Below are positions 1-8,923 of a stretch of 63,223 nucleotides of DNA, piece after piece. This DNA comes from Clostridium sp. CAG:245. Lineage in GTDB: Bacteria; Bacillota; Clostridia; TANB77; CAG-508. Where the stretch lies: assembly GCA_000435175.1 (NCBI GenBank), contig FR880072.1, positions 19,114-82,336 on the forward strand, written 5' to 3'. How positions within the stretch are numbered: position 1 is the stretch's first letter; every line of letters begins with the position of its first letter. The notes below the pieces were generated by a model. It was given only the letters and a program-made list of their open reading frames with translations. It was not told where the DNA came from and did not search any database. Position numbers and translations under genes: made by a program.

Positions 1-36
1 TCCAGTCATTGTTTTACGAAGATTTCTTTCTTCCAT
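1..36 (-). CDS. rpsQ: 30S ribosomal protein S17, first 12 codons only (runs off the window)
   Basis: The reverse strand reads ATG GAA GAA AGA AAT CTT CGT AAA ACA ATG ACT GGA = MEERNLRKTMTG, a typical S17 N-terminus. A GAAAGGAG RBS lies at 41-50. The position after rpmC matches the conserved operon order. Confidence 0.8.
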   Translation of the reverse strand, partial: MEERNLRKTMTG

Positions 37-86
37 AATATTCTCCTTTCTACATTCTAAGGAATACAACGTTTTAGTTGTATAAA

Positions 87-413
87 TTATTCAGCTTTAC
101 TTTCTTTTTTTGTAGTTGTTTTTCTAGCTTTCTTTTCTGTTCCTTCTGTAGCTTCTTTTTTTGCCTTGCTTGCAGTTTTCTTTTCTGCTTTTTTTGGCTC
201 TTCTGCAACTACTGGTTCTTCACCTTTTAATTCTCTTTCAGTTAAAACTGTTTTTATTTTTGCAATGTCTTTCTTAACTTCTCTTATTTTCATAGGATTA
301 TCTAATCCGTTTGTTGCTAAGCTAAATCTTAGTTTGAACAATTCTGATTTTAATTCTCCTAATTCTTTTTTTAAGTCTGGTGAAGACATTTCTCTAATCT
401 TATTTATCTTCAT
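87..413 (-). CDS. rpmC: 50S ribosomal protein L29 with a long Lys/Glu/Thr-rich C-terminal tail
   Basis: 108-aa ORF. The first ~63 aa ([57 protein letters not shown]) look like L29. It lies between rplP and rpsQ. The extra ~45 aa form a tail ending [15 protein letters not shown]. Confidence 0.9.
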   Translation of the reverse strand: MKINKIREMSSPDLKKELGELKSELFKLRFSLATNGLDNPMKIREVKKDIAKIKTVLTERELKGEEPVVAEEPKKAEKKTASKAKKEATEGTEKKARKTTTKKESKAE

Positions 414-843
414 CTAATTCACCACCTACTTCAGTTTCCTTTTTAACAAATTTACACTTAACAGATAGTTTGTTAGCAGCAAGTCTTAATGCTTCTCTTG
501 CAACGTCTTCTGAAACATCTGCAAGTTCAAACAATATTCTTCCTGGCTTTATAACTGCTACCCAGTATTCAACTGATCCTTTACCTTTACCCATACGAGT
601 ATCTGCTGGTTTCTTTGTTATAGGTTTATCTGGGAAGATTTTTATCCAAACCTTTCCACCTCTTTTTATATATCTTGTCATAGCAACACGGGCTGCTTCT
701 ATTTGGTTAGAAGTAATTTGACCTGCTTCTAATGCTTGAAGTCCATATAATCCATCTGTTACAACGTTACCTCTTGTTGCTTTTCCTCTATTTCTACCTT
801 TTTGTTGTTTTCTATATTTTGTTCTTTTTGGCATTAATGGCAT
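400..843 (-). CDS. rplP: 50S ribosomal protein L16
   Basis: 147 aa, [20 protein letters not shown]..., a typical L16 N-terminus, in the expected operon position. Confidence 0.95.
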   Translation of the reverse strand: MPLMPKRTKYRKQQKGRNRGKATRGNVVTDGLYGLQALEAGQITSNQIEAARVAMTRYIKRGGKVWIKIFPDKPITKKPADTRMGKGKGSVEYWVAVIKPGRILFELADVSEDVAREALRLAANKLSVKCKFVKKETEVGGELDEDK

Positions 844-1505
844 TATCTGTCTCCTCCTTCCACTGCTTTCTTCTTAGCTGGAAGAACTTCTCCTTTATAT
901 ATCCAAACTTTAACTCCAACTTTTCCATATGTTGTGTTTGCTTCTGCAAATCCATAATCAATGTTAGCTCTTAATGTTTGAAGTGGTATTGTACCTTCTT
1001 TGTAGAACTCAGTTCTAGCCATATCTGCTCCACCAAGTCTTCCTGATACAGATGTCTTTATTCCTAAAGCACCCATCTTCATTGTTTTTTGCATACATTG
1101 TTTCATTGCACGTCTGAATGAAATTCTTCTTTCTAGTTGTCCTGCTATATTTTCAGCAACTAATTGTGCATCTAAATCTGGTGATTTAACCTCAACAATA
1201 TTTAGATTTACATCTTTTCCAATCATTTTTTGTAATTCAGCTTTTAAGCTTTCAGCTAAATTTCCACCTTTTCCTATTACTAGACCAGGTTTAGCTGTGT
1301 ATACGTTAACTTTAACGAATTTTGCTGTTCTCTCGATTTCAACTTTTGAAATTCCGCTAGCGTATAATTTTTTCTTAACATATTCACGGATTTTGTGATC
1401 TTCAACTAGATAATCTGCAAAATGTTTTGAATCTGCATACCATTTTGAGTTCCAGTCTTTTATGATTCCAACTCTAAGTCCGTTTGGATTCATTTTTTGT
1501 CCCAT
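843..1505 (-). CDS. rpsC: 30S ribosomal protein S3
   Basis: 220 aa, [24 protein letters not shown]..., in the expected operon position. Confidence 0.95.
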   Translation of the reverse strand: MGQKMNPNGLRVGIIKDWNSKWYADSKHFADYLVEDHKIREYVKKKLYASGISKVEIERTAKFVKVNVYTAKPGLVIGKGGNLAESLKAELQKMIGKDVNLNIVEVKSPDLDAQLVAENIAGQLERRISFRRAMKQCMQKTMKMGALGIKTSVSGRLGGADMARTEFYKEGTIPLQTLRANIDYGFAEANTTYGKVGVKVWIYKGEVLPAKKKAVEGGDR

Positions 1506-1526
1506 TTTCTATTATCCTCCTTACTC

Positions 1527-1892
1527 TTAGTCTCTTTCTTTAAGAACTATAGTTATATGACTTGTTCTCTTTCTAATTCTAACAGCTGAACCTTTTGCAG
1601 CTGGTCTTATTCTTCTTAATGTAGGTCCTTGATTTGCATATATTTCTGCTACATATAATTTATTGCTCTTCATTCCATGGTTGTTTTCAGCATTTGCTAT
1701 AGCTGATTTAAGCAATTTTTCAACGATTTCTGATGCAGCTTTTGGTGTAAATTTAACTATTGCTAATGCTTCATCAACATCTTTTCCTCTTATTAAATCT
1801 GCTACAATCTTAACTTTTCTGCTTGAAATTCTAGCATACTTTAGAGTTGCACTTGCGCATGGTACTACTTCATTTTGTACTGTATCTTCCAT
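1527..1892 (-). CDS. rplV: 50S ribosomal protein L22
   Basis: 121 aa containing [18 protein letters not shown], an L22 signature region, in the expected operon position. Confidence 0.95.
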   Translation of the reverse strand: MEDTVQNEVVPCASATLKYARISSRKVKIVADLIRGKDVDEALAIVKFTPKAASEIVEKLLKSAIANAENNHGMKSNKLYVAEIYANQGPTLRRIRPAAKGSAVRIRKRTSHITIVLKERD

Positions 1893-1919
1893 TGCTCTTA
1901 TTTACCTCCTTAATTATTT

Positions 1920-2198
1920 TTATTTTGTAGTTGTTGTCTTATCTCCTGAATGTCCTTTAAATGTTCTTGTTGGAGCAAATTCTCCTAATTTATGTCCAAT
2001 CATTTCTTCAGTAATATATACTGGAACATGTTTTCTTCCGTCATGAACAGCTATTGTGTGTCCAACCATTTGTGGGTATATTGTAGAAGCTCTAGACCAT
2101 GTCTTTAATACTTCTTTCTTTCCACTTTCATTCATTGCTTCAACTCTTTTTAATAGCTCTGGAGCAACAAATGGTTTCTTTTTACTAGATCTTGACAT
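1920..2198 (-). CDS. rpsS: 30S ribosomal protein S19
   Basis: 92 aa, [19 protein letters not shown]...[32 protein letters not shown]. Confidence 0.95.
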   Translation of the reverse strand: MSRSSKKKPFVAPELLKRVEAMNESGKKEVLKTWSRASTIYPQMVGHTIAVHDGRKHVPVYITEEMIGHKLGEFAPTRTFKGHSGDKTTTTK

Positions 2199-2200
2199 TA

Positions 2201-3025
2201 TTATTTCCTCCTCTTAGCTATAAATTTATCAGTTCTTGAATTCTTTCTTGTCTTGTATCCAAGTGCTGGTTTACCCCAAGGAGTCATTGGTCCTGCGTGT
2301 CCTACTGGAGCCTTTCCTTCACCACCACCATGAGGGTGATCTACTGGGTTCATTGCAGATCCTCTAACTTCTGGACGTTTGCCTAGATGTCTTGTTTTTC
2401 CTGCTTTACCTAATTTTATGTTTTCATATTCTGCATTTCCCACAGTTCCTATTGTTGCTCTGCAGTTTAGCATTATTAATCTCATTTCTCCTGAAGGTAA
2501 TCTTAAATTTGCAAATTTTCCTTCTTTAGCCATAAGTTGAGCTTCTTGACCTGCAGCTCTAACTAATTTTCCACCTTGACCTGGGTTTATTTCTATGTTA
2601 TGAACCATAGTACCAACTGGAATGTTTTCTAATTTTAGACAGTTACCTGGTTTAATATCAGCATTTACTCCTGACATTACTGTATCACCGTCTTTTAATC
2701 CTATAGGAGCTAATATATAGCTTAATGTTCCATCTTCATATTTAATTAAAGCTATATTTGCACTTCTGTTTGGATCATATTCTATACCAACTACTGTTGC
2801 TGGCATATCTTCTTTTTGACGTTTAAAATCAATTATTCTATATTTTTGTCTATTCCCTCCACCTTGGTGACGAACTGTGATTCTACCATAACTATTTCTT
2901 CCTGCTTTTTCTTTCTTTACTGTTAATAAAGATTTTTCAGGAGTCTTTTTTGTTATTTCAGCAAAATCAGATACAGTTGTGTTTCTTAGTGATGGAGTTA
3001 CTGGTCTAAATTTTTTTGTTGCCAT
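2201..3025 (-). CDS. rplB: 50S ribosomal protein L2
   Basis: 274 aa containing [16 protein letters not shown] and [14 protein letters not shown] motifs. Confidence 0.97.
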   Translation of the reverse strand: MATKKFRPVTPSLRNTTVSDFAEITKKTPEKSLLTVKKEKAGRNSYGRITVRHQGGGNRQKYRIIDFKRQKEDMPATVVGIEYDPNRSANIALIKYEDGTLSYILAPIGLKDGDTVMSGVNADIKPGNCLKLENIPVGTMVHNIEINPGQGGKLVRAAGQEAQLMAKEGKFANLRLPSGEMRLIMLNCRATIGTVGNAEYENIKLGKAGKTRHLGKRPEVRGSAMNPVDHPHGGGEGKAPVGHAGPMTPWGKPALGYKTRKNSRTDKFIAKRRK

Positions 3026-3125
3026 TTCTAATTATCTCCTTAAATTTTTATATTAGTGAATTTTTTCCTGCTTCACCTACAGATATTTTTTATTATCCGA
3101 GTTACCTCTCGCTATTTTTATTTAA

Positions 3126-3473
3126 CTACGCACCCATGAATTCATCAATAGATGTCTTATATTTTGTAGCTATTTTTGTTTCTTTTCCGCCTTTTGCAAG
3201 ATATGTTTTGTCTGATGGATTTGTATCTATTGTAACAATAGCTTTTTTCCAATCAGATGTTCTTCCAACATTTCTTCCAACTCTTTTTTCTTTTCCTTTT
3301 ACTGTTATAGTATTTACTCTTAATACTTTAACTCCGAAAAGTTTTTCTACTGCATTGGCTACATCAACTTTTGTAGCTTTCTTGTTTACTTTAAAGGTAT
3401 ACTTTCCTTCTTGTATTCCAGCATTACTTTCTTCAGTAATTATTGGTTTTATTATAATGTCTTCTGGTCTCAT
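3126..3473 (-). CDS. rplW: 50S ribosomal protein L23 (with a C-terminal extension)
   Basis: 115 aa in the expected operon position, with KYTFKVNKKATKVDVANAVEKLFGVKV. About 30 aa follow the usual end. An unusual 100-nt gap separates it from rplB. Confidence 0.9.
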   Translation of the reverse strand: MRPEDIIIKPIITEESNAGIQEGKYTFKVNKKATKVDVANAVEKLFGVKVLRVNTITVKGKEKRVGRNVGRTSDWKKAIVTIDTNPSDKTYLAKGGKETKIATKYKTSIDEFMGA

Positions 3474-4096
3474 TATGCGTACACCTCCTCTAATTTCTTA
3501 ACAGCGTCTTCTGTTACAACTAATTTGTTGTATTTTAATAAGTCATAAACATTTATTGTTTCAACTAATGTTGTTTTTACACCTTCAATATTTCTAGCTG
3601 ATTTTTGAACTTTTTCGTTCTTTTCTGGAAGCATTATTAATGCTTTTCCTTCAACTTTTAAGTTTGAAAGAGCTTTTACCATTTCTTTTGTCTTTATATC
3701 GTTTAATGGTAAGCTATCAACAACTACTAATTCGTTCTCTAAAACTTTTGAACTTAATACTGATTTAACAGCTAATTGTCTTTCTTTCTTGTTTACTGTG
3801 TATTTGTAAGAACGAGGCTTTGGTCCTAAAGCTATACCACCTTTTATCCATTGTGGTGCTCTTATACTTCCTTGTCTTGCTCTACCTGTACCCTTTTGTC
3901 TCCATGGTTTTCTTCCACCACCAGAAACTTCGCTTCTTGTTTTTGTACTTTGTGTACCTTGTCTTTGATTTGCTAAGAAATTAACTAGAACACTGTGTAC
4001 AACTGCTTCATTTGGTTCAATTCCAAATACTGCTTCATTTAATTCTAGTTCTTTAACTTTCTTTCCATTTATATCATATACGTCTATTTTAGGCAT
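3473..4096 (-). CDS. rplD: 50S ribosomal protein L4
   Basis: 207 aa containing GGGRKPWRQKGTGRARQGS. Confidence 0.95.
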   Translation of the reverse strand: MPKIDVYDINGKKVKELELNEAVFGIEPNEAVVHSVLVNFLANQRQGTQSTKTRSEVSGGGRKPWRQKGTGRARQGSIRAPQWIKGGIALGPKPRSYKYTVNKKERQLAVKSVLSSKVLENELVVVDSLPLNDIKTKEMVKALSNLKVEGKALIMLPEKNEKVQKSARNIEGVKTTLVETINVYDLLKYNKLVVTEDAVKKLEEVYA

Positions 4097-4112
4097 CTTT
4101 CTTCCTCCTTCC

Positions 4113-4742
4113 CTATGCTTTTACGCTTTGTCTAATTTTTAGTATTGCTCCGTTTACTCCTGGAACACTACCTCTTACTAATATTACATTTTTGTCTAAG
4201 TCAACTGCAACAACTTCTAAGTTTTGTATTGTAATTGTATTAGCTCCCATATGTCCTGGAAGTCTCTTTCCTTTGAATACTCTTCCTGGTGTTGATGTAG
4301 ATCCCATTGAACCTGGTCTTCTGTGATACATAGAGCCATGTCCCATAGGTCCTCTTGATTGACCATGTCTCTTTATAACGCCTTGGAATCCTTTTCCTTT
4401 TGAAGTTCCTTGAATATCTACTTTGTCTCCTTTTACGAAAACATCAGCTTTAAATTCGTCTCCAACTTTAACGTCTTCTACAGAATCCATTCTAAATTCT
4501 CTTAAATGTTTCTTTAATGCTAATTTAGATTTTGCAAAATGTCCTTTAACTGGCTTATTAACTTTGCTCTCTTTAACATCTCCAAATCCTAATTGTACTG
4601 CGTTATATCCGTCTGTTTCGTTTGATTTAACTTGTGCAACAACACATGGTCCAGCTTCTATAACTGTTACTGGAATAACTTTTCCTGATTCATCAAATAT
4701 TTGAGTCATTCCAACTTTTTTTCCTATTATTGCTTTTTTCAT
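4113..4742 (-). CDS. rplC: 50S ribosomal protein L3
   Basis: 209 aa, [33 protein letters not shown]... Confidence 0.95.
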   Translation of the reverse strand: MKKAIIGKKVGMTQIFDESGKVIPVTVIEAGPCVVAQVKSNETDGYNAVQLGFGDVKESKVNKPVKGHFAKSKLALKKHLREFRMDSVEDVKVGDEFKADVFVKGDKVDIQGTSKGKGFQGVIKRHGQSRGPMGHGSMYHRRPGSMGSTSTPGRVFKGKRLPGHMGANTITIQNLEVVAVDLDKNVILVRGSVPGVNGAILKIRQSVKA

Positions 4743-4839
4743 TTTAAAATTTTCCTCCTAACTATTGGCTAATGATTATTCACTAGCATGGTTTTTGTCA
4801 GATTTTTATAGGTTTCTAACTTTTTGCCTTAACTCATTG

Positions 4840-5169
4840 TTATTTTATTTCAATATTTACACCAGCTGGTAGTTCAATTTTTGTTAAACTTTCAACTGTT
4901 TTTTGTGTAGGATAAAGAATATCAATAACTCTCTTGTGTGTTCTCATTTCAAATTGTTCTCTTGAATCTTTGTGTTTGTGTGGAGAACGTAGTATTGTTA
5001 CGATTTCCTTCTCTGTTGGTAATGGAATAGGCCCTGAAACTTTTGCTCCAGTTTTTTTAGCAGTATCTACTATCTTATCAGCAGACTGTTCTAAAAGTTG
5101 TGGATCATAAGCTTTTAATCTTATTCTGATTTTACCATTTGCTACTTCTGTTGTTTGTTTCTTTGCCAT
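4840..5169 (-). CDS. rpsJ: 30S ribosomal protein S10
   Basis: 109 aa containing [21 protein letters not shown]...[19 protein letters not shown]. It is the first gene of the operon. Confidence 0.95.
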   Translation of the reverse strand: MAKKQTTEVANGKIRIRLKAYDPQLLEQSADKIVDTAKKTGAKVSGPIPLPTEKEIVTILRSPHKHKDSREQFEMRTHKRVIDILYPTQKTVESLTKIELPAGVNIEIK

Positions 5170-5458
5170 GTAATTTTCCCTCCTTAAATATTTTTTCTCG
5201 GTCGGAAGTTATAAACGCACCCTGGTGTTCTAAATATTACCAATATAAAAGCCCAAGTTTTTGCATGATTATCTTGGGATAAAGTGTACATTTATTAATA
5301 CATACTTTTCAGTATGCATAAGCTACCCGCAAAATCTCTTACGGATACCTTAACCTTACCGCCTGGTCTCAGCCACGACATGCTCCATGAAAGTTCCCTC
5401 CAACCTTGGTTAATTGTATGGTTGTAGCCACATTTCACTTCTTCGCTATCTTACATGC
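5170..5458 (-). promoter_or_regulatory. Long (~285 nt) 5' leader of the S10 operon with an internal terminator-like hairpin
   Basis: This is the distance between the consensus promoter (5465-5493) and the rpsJ ATG. In the transcript, the stem CCCAAG/CTTGGG (5252-5257/5273-5278) is followed by CUUUUAU. This stretch is noticeably more GC-rich than the surrounding spacer. Confidence 0.5.
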
Positions 5459-5464
5459 TTTACT

Positions 5465-5493
5465 ATTATATACCCAATTTCAACTAATGTCAA
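5465..5493 (-). promoter_or_regulatory. Sigma-A type promoter of the S10 operon
   Basis: The reverse strand reads TTGACA (5488-5493), a 17-nt spacer, then TATAAT (5465-5470). Both hexamers are perfect consensus. Confidence 0.75.
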
Positions 5494-5580
5494 CGATTTT
5501 TTTACAATTTTGTTACAATTTGTTATATTAACTTATTGTGTTTTATTCATTTTCATGAGTATTTCTAAATTATGCAAAAT

Positions 5581-5612
5581 AAAAAGACTTAAATTTTTAT
5601 AAATTCAAGTCT
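5581..5612 (-). terminator. Intrinsic terminator after the small alarmone synthetase gene
   Basis: The reverse strand reads AGACTTGAATTT-ATAA-AAATTTAAGTCT followed by TTTTT, 20 nt after the stop codon. Confidence 0.7.
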
Positions 5613-5632
5613 AATTAGTCTTTTATTTTTAA

Positions 5633-6307
5633 TTATATTGCTGCTTCTTCGCCTTGTCTTTTTCCCTCTTCTATCCTTTTTATTTCAGGGTACATCTTAT
5701 ATAATGAATCTTGTTTTGAAAGTCTTTTTATTTTATTTCCTTCAATTGTATAAAAAACTGGTAAATCAGATAAAACGTTCTCTCTATCATTTTCTAATCT
5801 CTCCGAAATAGCTATCAAATCTTTACTTTTATAATTTGCATAAGATAATTCGCCATACAAACATTTTTCTCTTAATTCTTCATCCCAATATTGTATTTCT
5901 ACTTCTGGAAAAGTTTCAGGGTTAATTCCACTATTAGCAGTATATTTTGCATGCATGTGAAGCATTTCGTGTATAGCATTATAAGATGAATTTGCTTTTC
6001 TACTATGGTCTTTTGTAGCATCTACTTTAAAATTTTTTTCAATTTCTGCTTGTATTTTTTTCAAATCTTCCATCGGTCCAATTATTCTTATTCCGAAACA
6101 ATCGTCAACAGCTTTCTTTCCTGTATTCTCATATGCTGATTTAAAACTTTTTATTCTTCCACTTACACTAACATTACCTGATACAATATTTGCTCTCTTC
6201 ATTTTTTCTACAATATAGCCAATCATTGCAGCCGTCATTTCATATCCAACACGTTGTCTTTCTATAAAAGAATTATAGCTTTTTCTCATTTCGTCTATGC
6301 TCTTCAA
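5633..6307 (-). CDS. Divergent RelA/SpoT-domain small alarmone synthetase-like protein
   Basis: 224 aa with a TTG start and AAAGGTGGG RBS. It has synthetase-fold landmarks in the RelQ order: GRIKSFKSAYENTGKK, DCFGIRIIG, SSYNAIHEML and EVEIQYWDEE...SYANYK. Confidence 0.65.
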   Translation of the reverse strand: MKSIDEMRKSYNSFIERQRVGYEMTAAMIGYIVEKMKRANIVSGNVSVSGRIKSFKSAYENTGKKAVDDCFGIRIIGPMEDLKKIQAEIEKNFKVDATKDHSRKANSSYNAIHEMLHMHAKYTANSGINPETFPEVEIQYWDEELREKCLYGELSYANYKSKDLIAISERLENDRENVLSDLPVFYTIEGNKIKRLSKQDSLYKMYPEIKRIEEGKRQGEEAAI

Positions 6308-6339
6308 TGTTTTCCCACCTTTCTCATTGGCATTTCTAA

Positions 6340-6368
6340 ATTATATCACATATAAGTATTTTTTTCAA
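6340..6368 (-). promoter_or_regulatory. Promoter of the alarmone synthetase-like gene
   Basis: The reverse strand reads TTGAAA (6363-6368), a 17-nt spacer, then TATAAT (6340-6345). Confidence 0.6.
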
Positions 6369-6436
6369 CAAAAATACAACCACATTTTCCGACATTCTTC
6401 TACAAGTAAGGATAAATTATTTTTTGTTGGTAAATA

Positions 6437-6465
6437 TTGTATTTTTTATAATTTTGTGTTATAAT
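6437..6465 (+). promoter_or_regulatory. Promoter of the 68-aa GC-rich ORF
   Basis: TTGTAT (6437-6442), a 17-nt spacer, then an extended -10 TGTTATAAT (6457-6465). Confidence 0.55.
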
Positions 6466-6499
6466 AAATTATATCATAAATAAAAAGGAGATAATTAAC

Positions 6500-6706
6500 A
6501 TGTACAAGGTAAAGGGTTTGTTCGTCATTAAGAAAGATGTTTTCATCTCTAACGAGCATTTTTTGAAAGGGCTTGACTATAAAGCCCAGGCATCAAAAGA
6601 CGGCTTCGTCCGGATAATTGTAACCGATACCCCCTCGACACCTGGCGACCCCATTAAGTATGTCTCTGACATCTTTTGTCAGCCCATGTGCCGGGCGGCG
6701 TACTAA
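6500..6706 (+). CDS. Small hypothetical protein (68 aa), compositionally foreign
   Basis: ATG preceded by AAAAGGAG with 9-nt spacing. It has its own promoter and a strong GC-rich terminator. Line 6601-6660 is 33/60 G+C by hand count. I recognised no motif. Confidence 0.5.
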   Translation: MYKVKGLFVIKKDVFISNEHFLKGLDYKAQASKDGFVRIIVTDTPSTPGDPIKYVSDIFCQPMCRAAY

Positions 6707-6714
6707 CACTCCTT

Positions 6715-6759
6715 GCTCCCCCATTAGCCCGTTCTAGGCTCGGGGGAGCCTTCTTTTTT
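6715..6759 (+). terminator. Intrinsic terminator of the 68-aa ORF
   Basis: The stem GCTCCCCC (6715-6722) pairs with GGGGGAGC (6742-6749) and is followed by CTTCTTTTTT. Confidence 0.8.
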
Positions 6760-6856
6760 ATTTTATTTTTTATTAATTATCTAATTGCTTCTTATTATTG
6801 GTTGGAATTTCGATATTTTTGAATTATTTTTTAAGTACTTACTTAGTTATTTAAGC

Positions 6857-6885
6857 AAAAAAATATCCCCTAAGGGATATTTTTA
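6857..6885. terminator. Bidirectional hairpin terminator (serves spoVG)
   Basis: AAAAAAATATCCC-CTAA-GGGATATTTTT lies immediately after the spoVG stop codon. Confidence 0.7.
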
Positions 6886-7179
6886 TTATTCAGCATCTTC
6901 AGCTTCGGTTTTTTCAACTGGTTCTGGATCTTCTGCTTCTTCATATTTTTCTAATACAGCTTTTGTAAGCTTGTCTCTTACTTCTTGATTAATAGGATGA
7001 GCTATATCGTAATATCTTTCACCTTTTTTTCTTCTAGGCATAGCAATGAATAAACCTTCTGGTTTTTCCATAACTTTAATTTCATGAACTACAAATTCAT
7101 TATCAAATGTTATTTGGGCTATTGCCTTCACTCTATTTCCTGAGTTTACTTTTCTAACACGTACTTCTGTAATTTCCAT
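6886..7179 (-). CDS. spoVG: Septation/sporulation regulator SpoVG
   Basis: MEITEVRVRKVNSGNRVKAIAQITFDNEFVVHEIKVMEKPEGLFIAMPRRK is a classic SpoVG sequence. I placed the start at the internal ATG (7179), behind GGAAGG. The protein has an acidic C-terminal tail. Confidence 0.9.
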   Translation of the reverse strand: MEITEVRVRKVNSGNRVKAIAQITFDNEFVVHEIKVMEKPEGLFIAMPRRKKGERYYDIAHPINQEVRDKLTKAVLEKYEEAEDPEPVEKTEAEDAE

Positions 7180-7405
7180 GTGAGCACCGCCTTCCAATGT
7201 TTTTATTTTTGTACTATTTATGTATGTACACTTATATTATTCTCCATTTTGTATTTTTTTCCTTCTATTTTTTCAAAAAATTTATAATTTTTTATATTTT
7301 TTTAATATATCAATTCAAAAACAAAGACGTAAAATATGTTGAATTTTTCCTATTTTAAGTATATAATATATTAGAAAAATAAAACATATAAAAGGAGTGC
7401 TTAAT

Positions 7406-8794
7406 TTGATTAATTTAGAAGAATTAAAAAAATATAAACATATACATATGCTAGGCATCGGTGGAACTAGCATGAGTGGGATTGCTACTATTTTAAAGAA
7501 ATGGGGCTTTTACGTTACAGGTTCAGACGCAAATGAGTCTGAATTGGTTGATAAATTAAAAAACAATGGAATTTCTGTTGTGATTGGTCATGATTTAGAT
7601 AACCTTAGAAAAGCTGATTTAGTCATTTATAGTGCCGCAATTTCTCATGATGATATTGAAATGCAAGAAGCAAAAAGATTAAATATTGAAACCATGGAAA
7701 GATCTACTTTCTTGGGAATTATCACTAAAGGTTATAGAGATACAATTAGTATTTCTGGAACGCACGGAAAAACCACAACCACATCTATGATTTCTGTTTG
7801 TTTTATGGAGGCTCATAAAGACCCTACTGTTCAAGTTGGTGCCATTTTAAAGCAAATTGATGGAAATTATAGAGTTGGAAATAGCGAATATTTTATATTA
7901 GAGTCTTGTGAATATGTAGAAAGTTTCTTAAAATTTCACCCAAGAACAGAAGTTATTTTGAATATAGACAATGACCACCTTGATTATTTTAAAGACTTAG
8001 ACCATATAAAAAATGCTTTTGTAAAATTTGTTGAATTACTTCCAAAAGATGGTTTACTAGTATTAAATGCTGATGACACTAATTGTGTTGATTTGTATAA
8101 AAATACGAATGCAAAAATTGTTACTTTTGGTATTGAAAATGAGAAATCGAACTTTATTGCGAGAAATATCACTTTTGACAACAATGGTTTTCCTCTTTTT
8201 GATGTATACAGAAATAATAGTTTTTATAAGAGCATCAAGCTTTCCGTACCAGGAATGCATAATGTTTATGATGCTCTTGCTTGTATTGCAACATGTTATG
8301 AATATGGTATAGATAAAGAAGATATAAAAGAAGGTTTATTAAAATATACTGGAGCCCACAGAAGATTCGAATTTGTTGGAAGTACAAATGGAGCAAATGT
8401 TTTCGATGATTATGGTCATCACCCAACAGAAATAAAAGCTGTATATGATGCAATGAAAAAGAAAAAATTTAATAGGTCTTGGGTTGTATTCCAACCACAC
8501 ACATATAGTAGAACCAAAAATCTTCTTACAGATTTTGCTCAAGTTCTTTCTGGATTTGACAATATAATAGTAACTGACATTTATGCAGCTAGAGAATCGG
8601 ATACTTTAGGTATTTCCTCTCAAAATTTGGTTGACCAAATTAATATTAATAGAGTAGGAAAAAAAGCTCTTTATATGTCTGATTTTAACGAAATTGCAAA
8701 ATACATTAGAGATAGAGTTATGCCAAATGATATAGTACTAACAATTGGTGCTGGAACAGTAACAACAATCGGTCCAAAAATAGTCGGAAAATAA
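7406..8794 (+). CDS. murC: UDP-N-acetylmuramate--L-alanine ligase
   Basis: Contains HMLGIGGTSMSGIA and GTHGKTTTTSM Mur-ligase motifs. The TTG start at 7406 is 8 nt after AAAGGAG. The ORF track's GTG at 7397 overlaps that RBS. Confidence 0.9.
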   Translation: MINLEELKKYKHIHMLGIGGTSMSGIATILKKWGFYVTGSDANESELVDKLKNNGISVVIGHDLDNLRKADLVIYSAAISHDDIEMQEAKRLNIETMERSTFLGIITKGYRDTISISGTHGKTTTTSMISVCFMEAHKDPTVQVGAILKQIDGNYRVGNSEYFILESCEYVESFLKFHPRTEVILNIDNDHLDYFKDLDHIKNAFVKFVELLPKDGLLVLNADDTNCVDLYKNTNAKIVTFGIENEKSNFIARNITFDNNGFPLFDVYRNNSFYKSIKLSVPGMHNVYDALACIATCYEYGIDKEDIKEGLLKYTGAHRRFEFVGSTNGANVFDDYGHHPTEIKAVYDAMKKKKFNRSWVVFQPHTYSRTKNLLTDFAQVLSGFDNIIVTDIYAARESDTLGISSQNLVDQININRVGKKALYMSDFNEIAKYIRDRVMPNDIVLTIGAGTVTTIGPKIVGK

Positions 8795-8865
8795 TATTCC
8801 ATCACATAAAATCTATATTTTTTACTATTTGTTATATATAAAAATAGTCTATTAGCATAAAATAT

Positions 8866-8906
8866 AAAAAGAAAATATTCACATTGTTTATGAATATTTT
8901 CTTTTT
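8866..8906. terminator. Bidirectional terminator between the convergent murC and transglutaminase-like genes
   Basis: AAAAA-GAAAATATTCA-cattgttt-TGAATATTTTC-TTTTT. Confidence 0.75.
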
Positions 8907-8923
8907 ATTTATATTAATATCTA

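Noticed and set aside
5200-5420. The GC-enriched block upstream of rpsJ as a known housekeeping RNA (SRP RNA, 6S, RNase P, tmRNA) or riboswitch
   Set aside because: I could not find the conserved cores. These are the SRP GGAAGCAGCC-type domain IV, the RNase P GAGGAAAGUCC, the tmRNA tRNA-like ends, and ZTP or cobalamin signatures. The block lies between a consensus promoter and rpsJ, so a cis-acting leader is the simpler reading.
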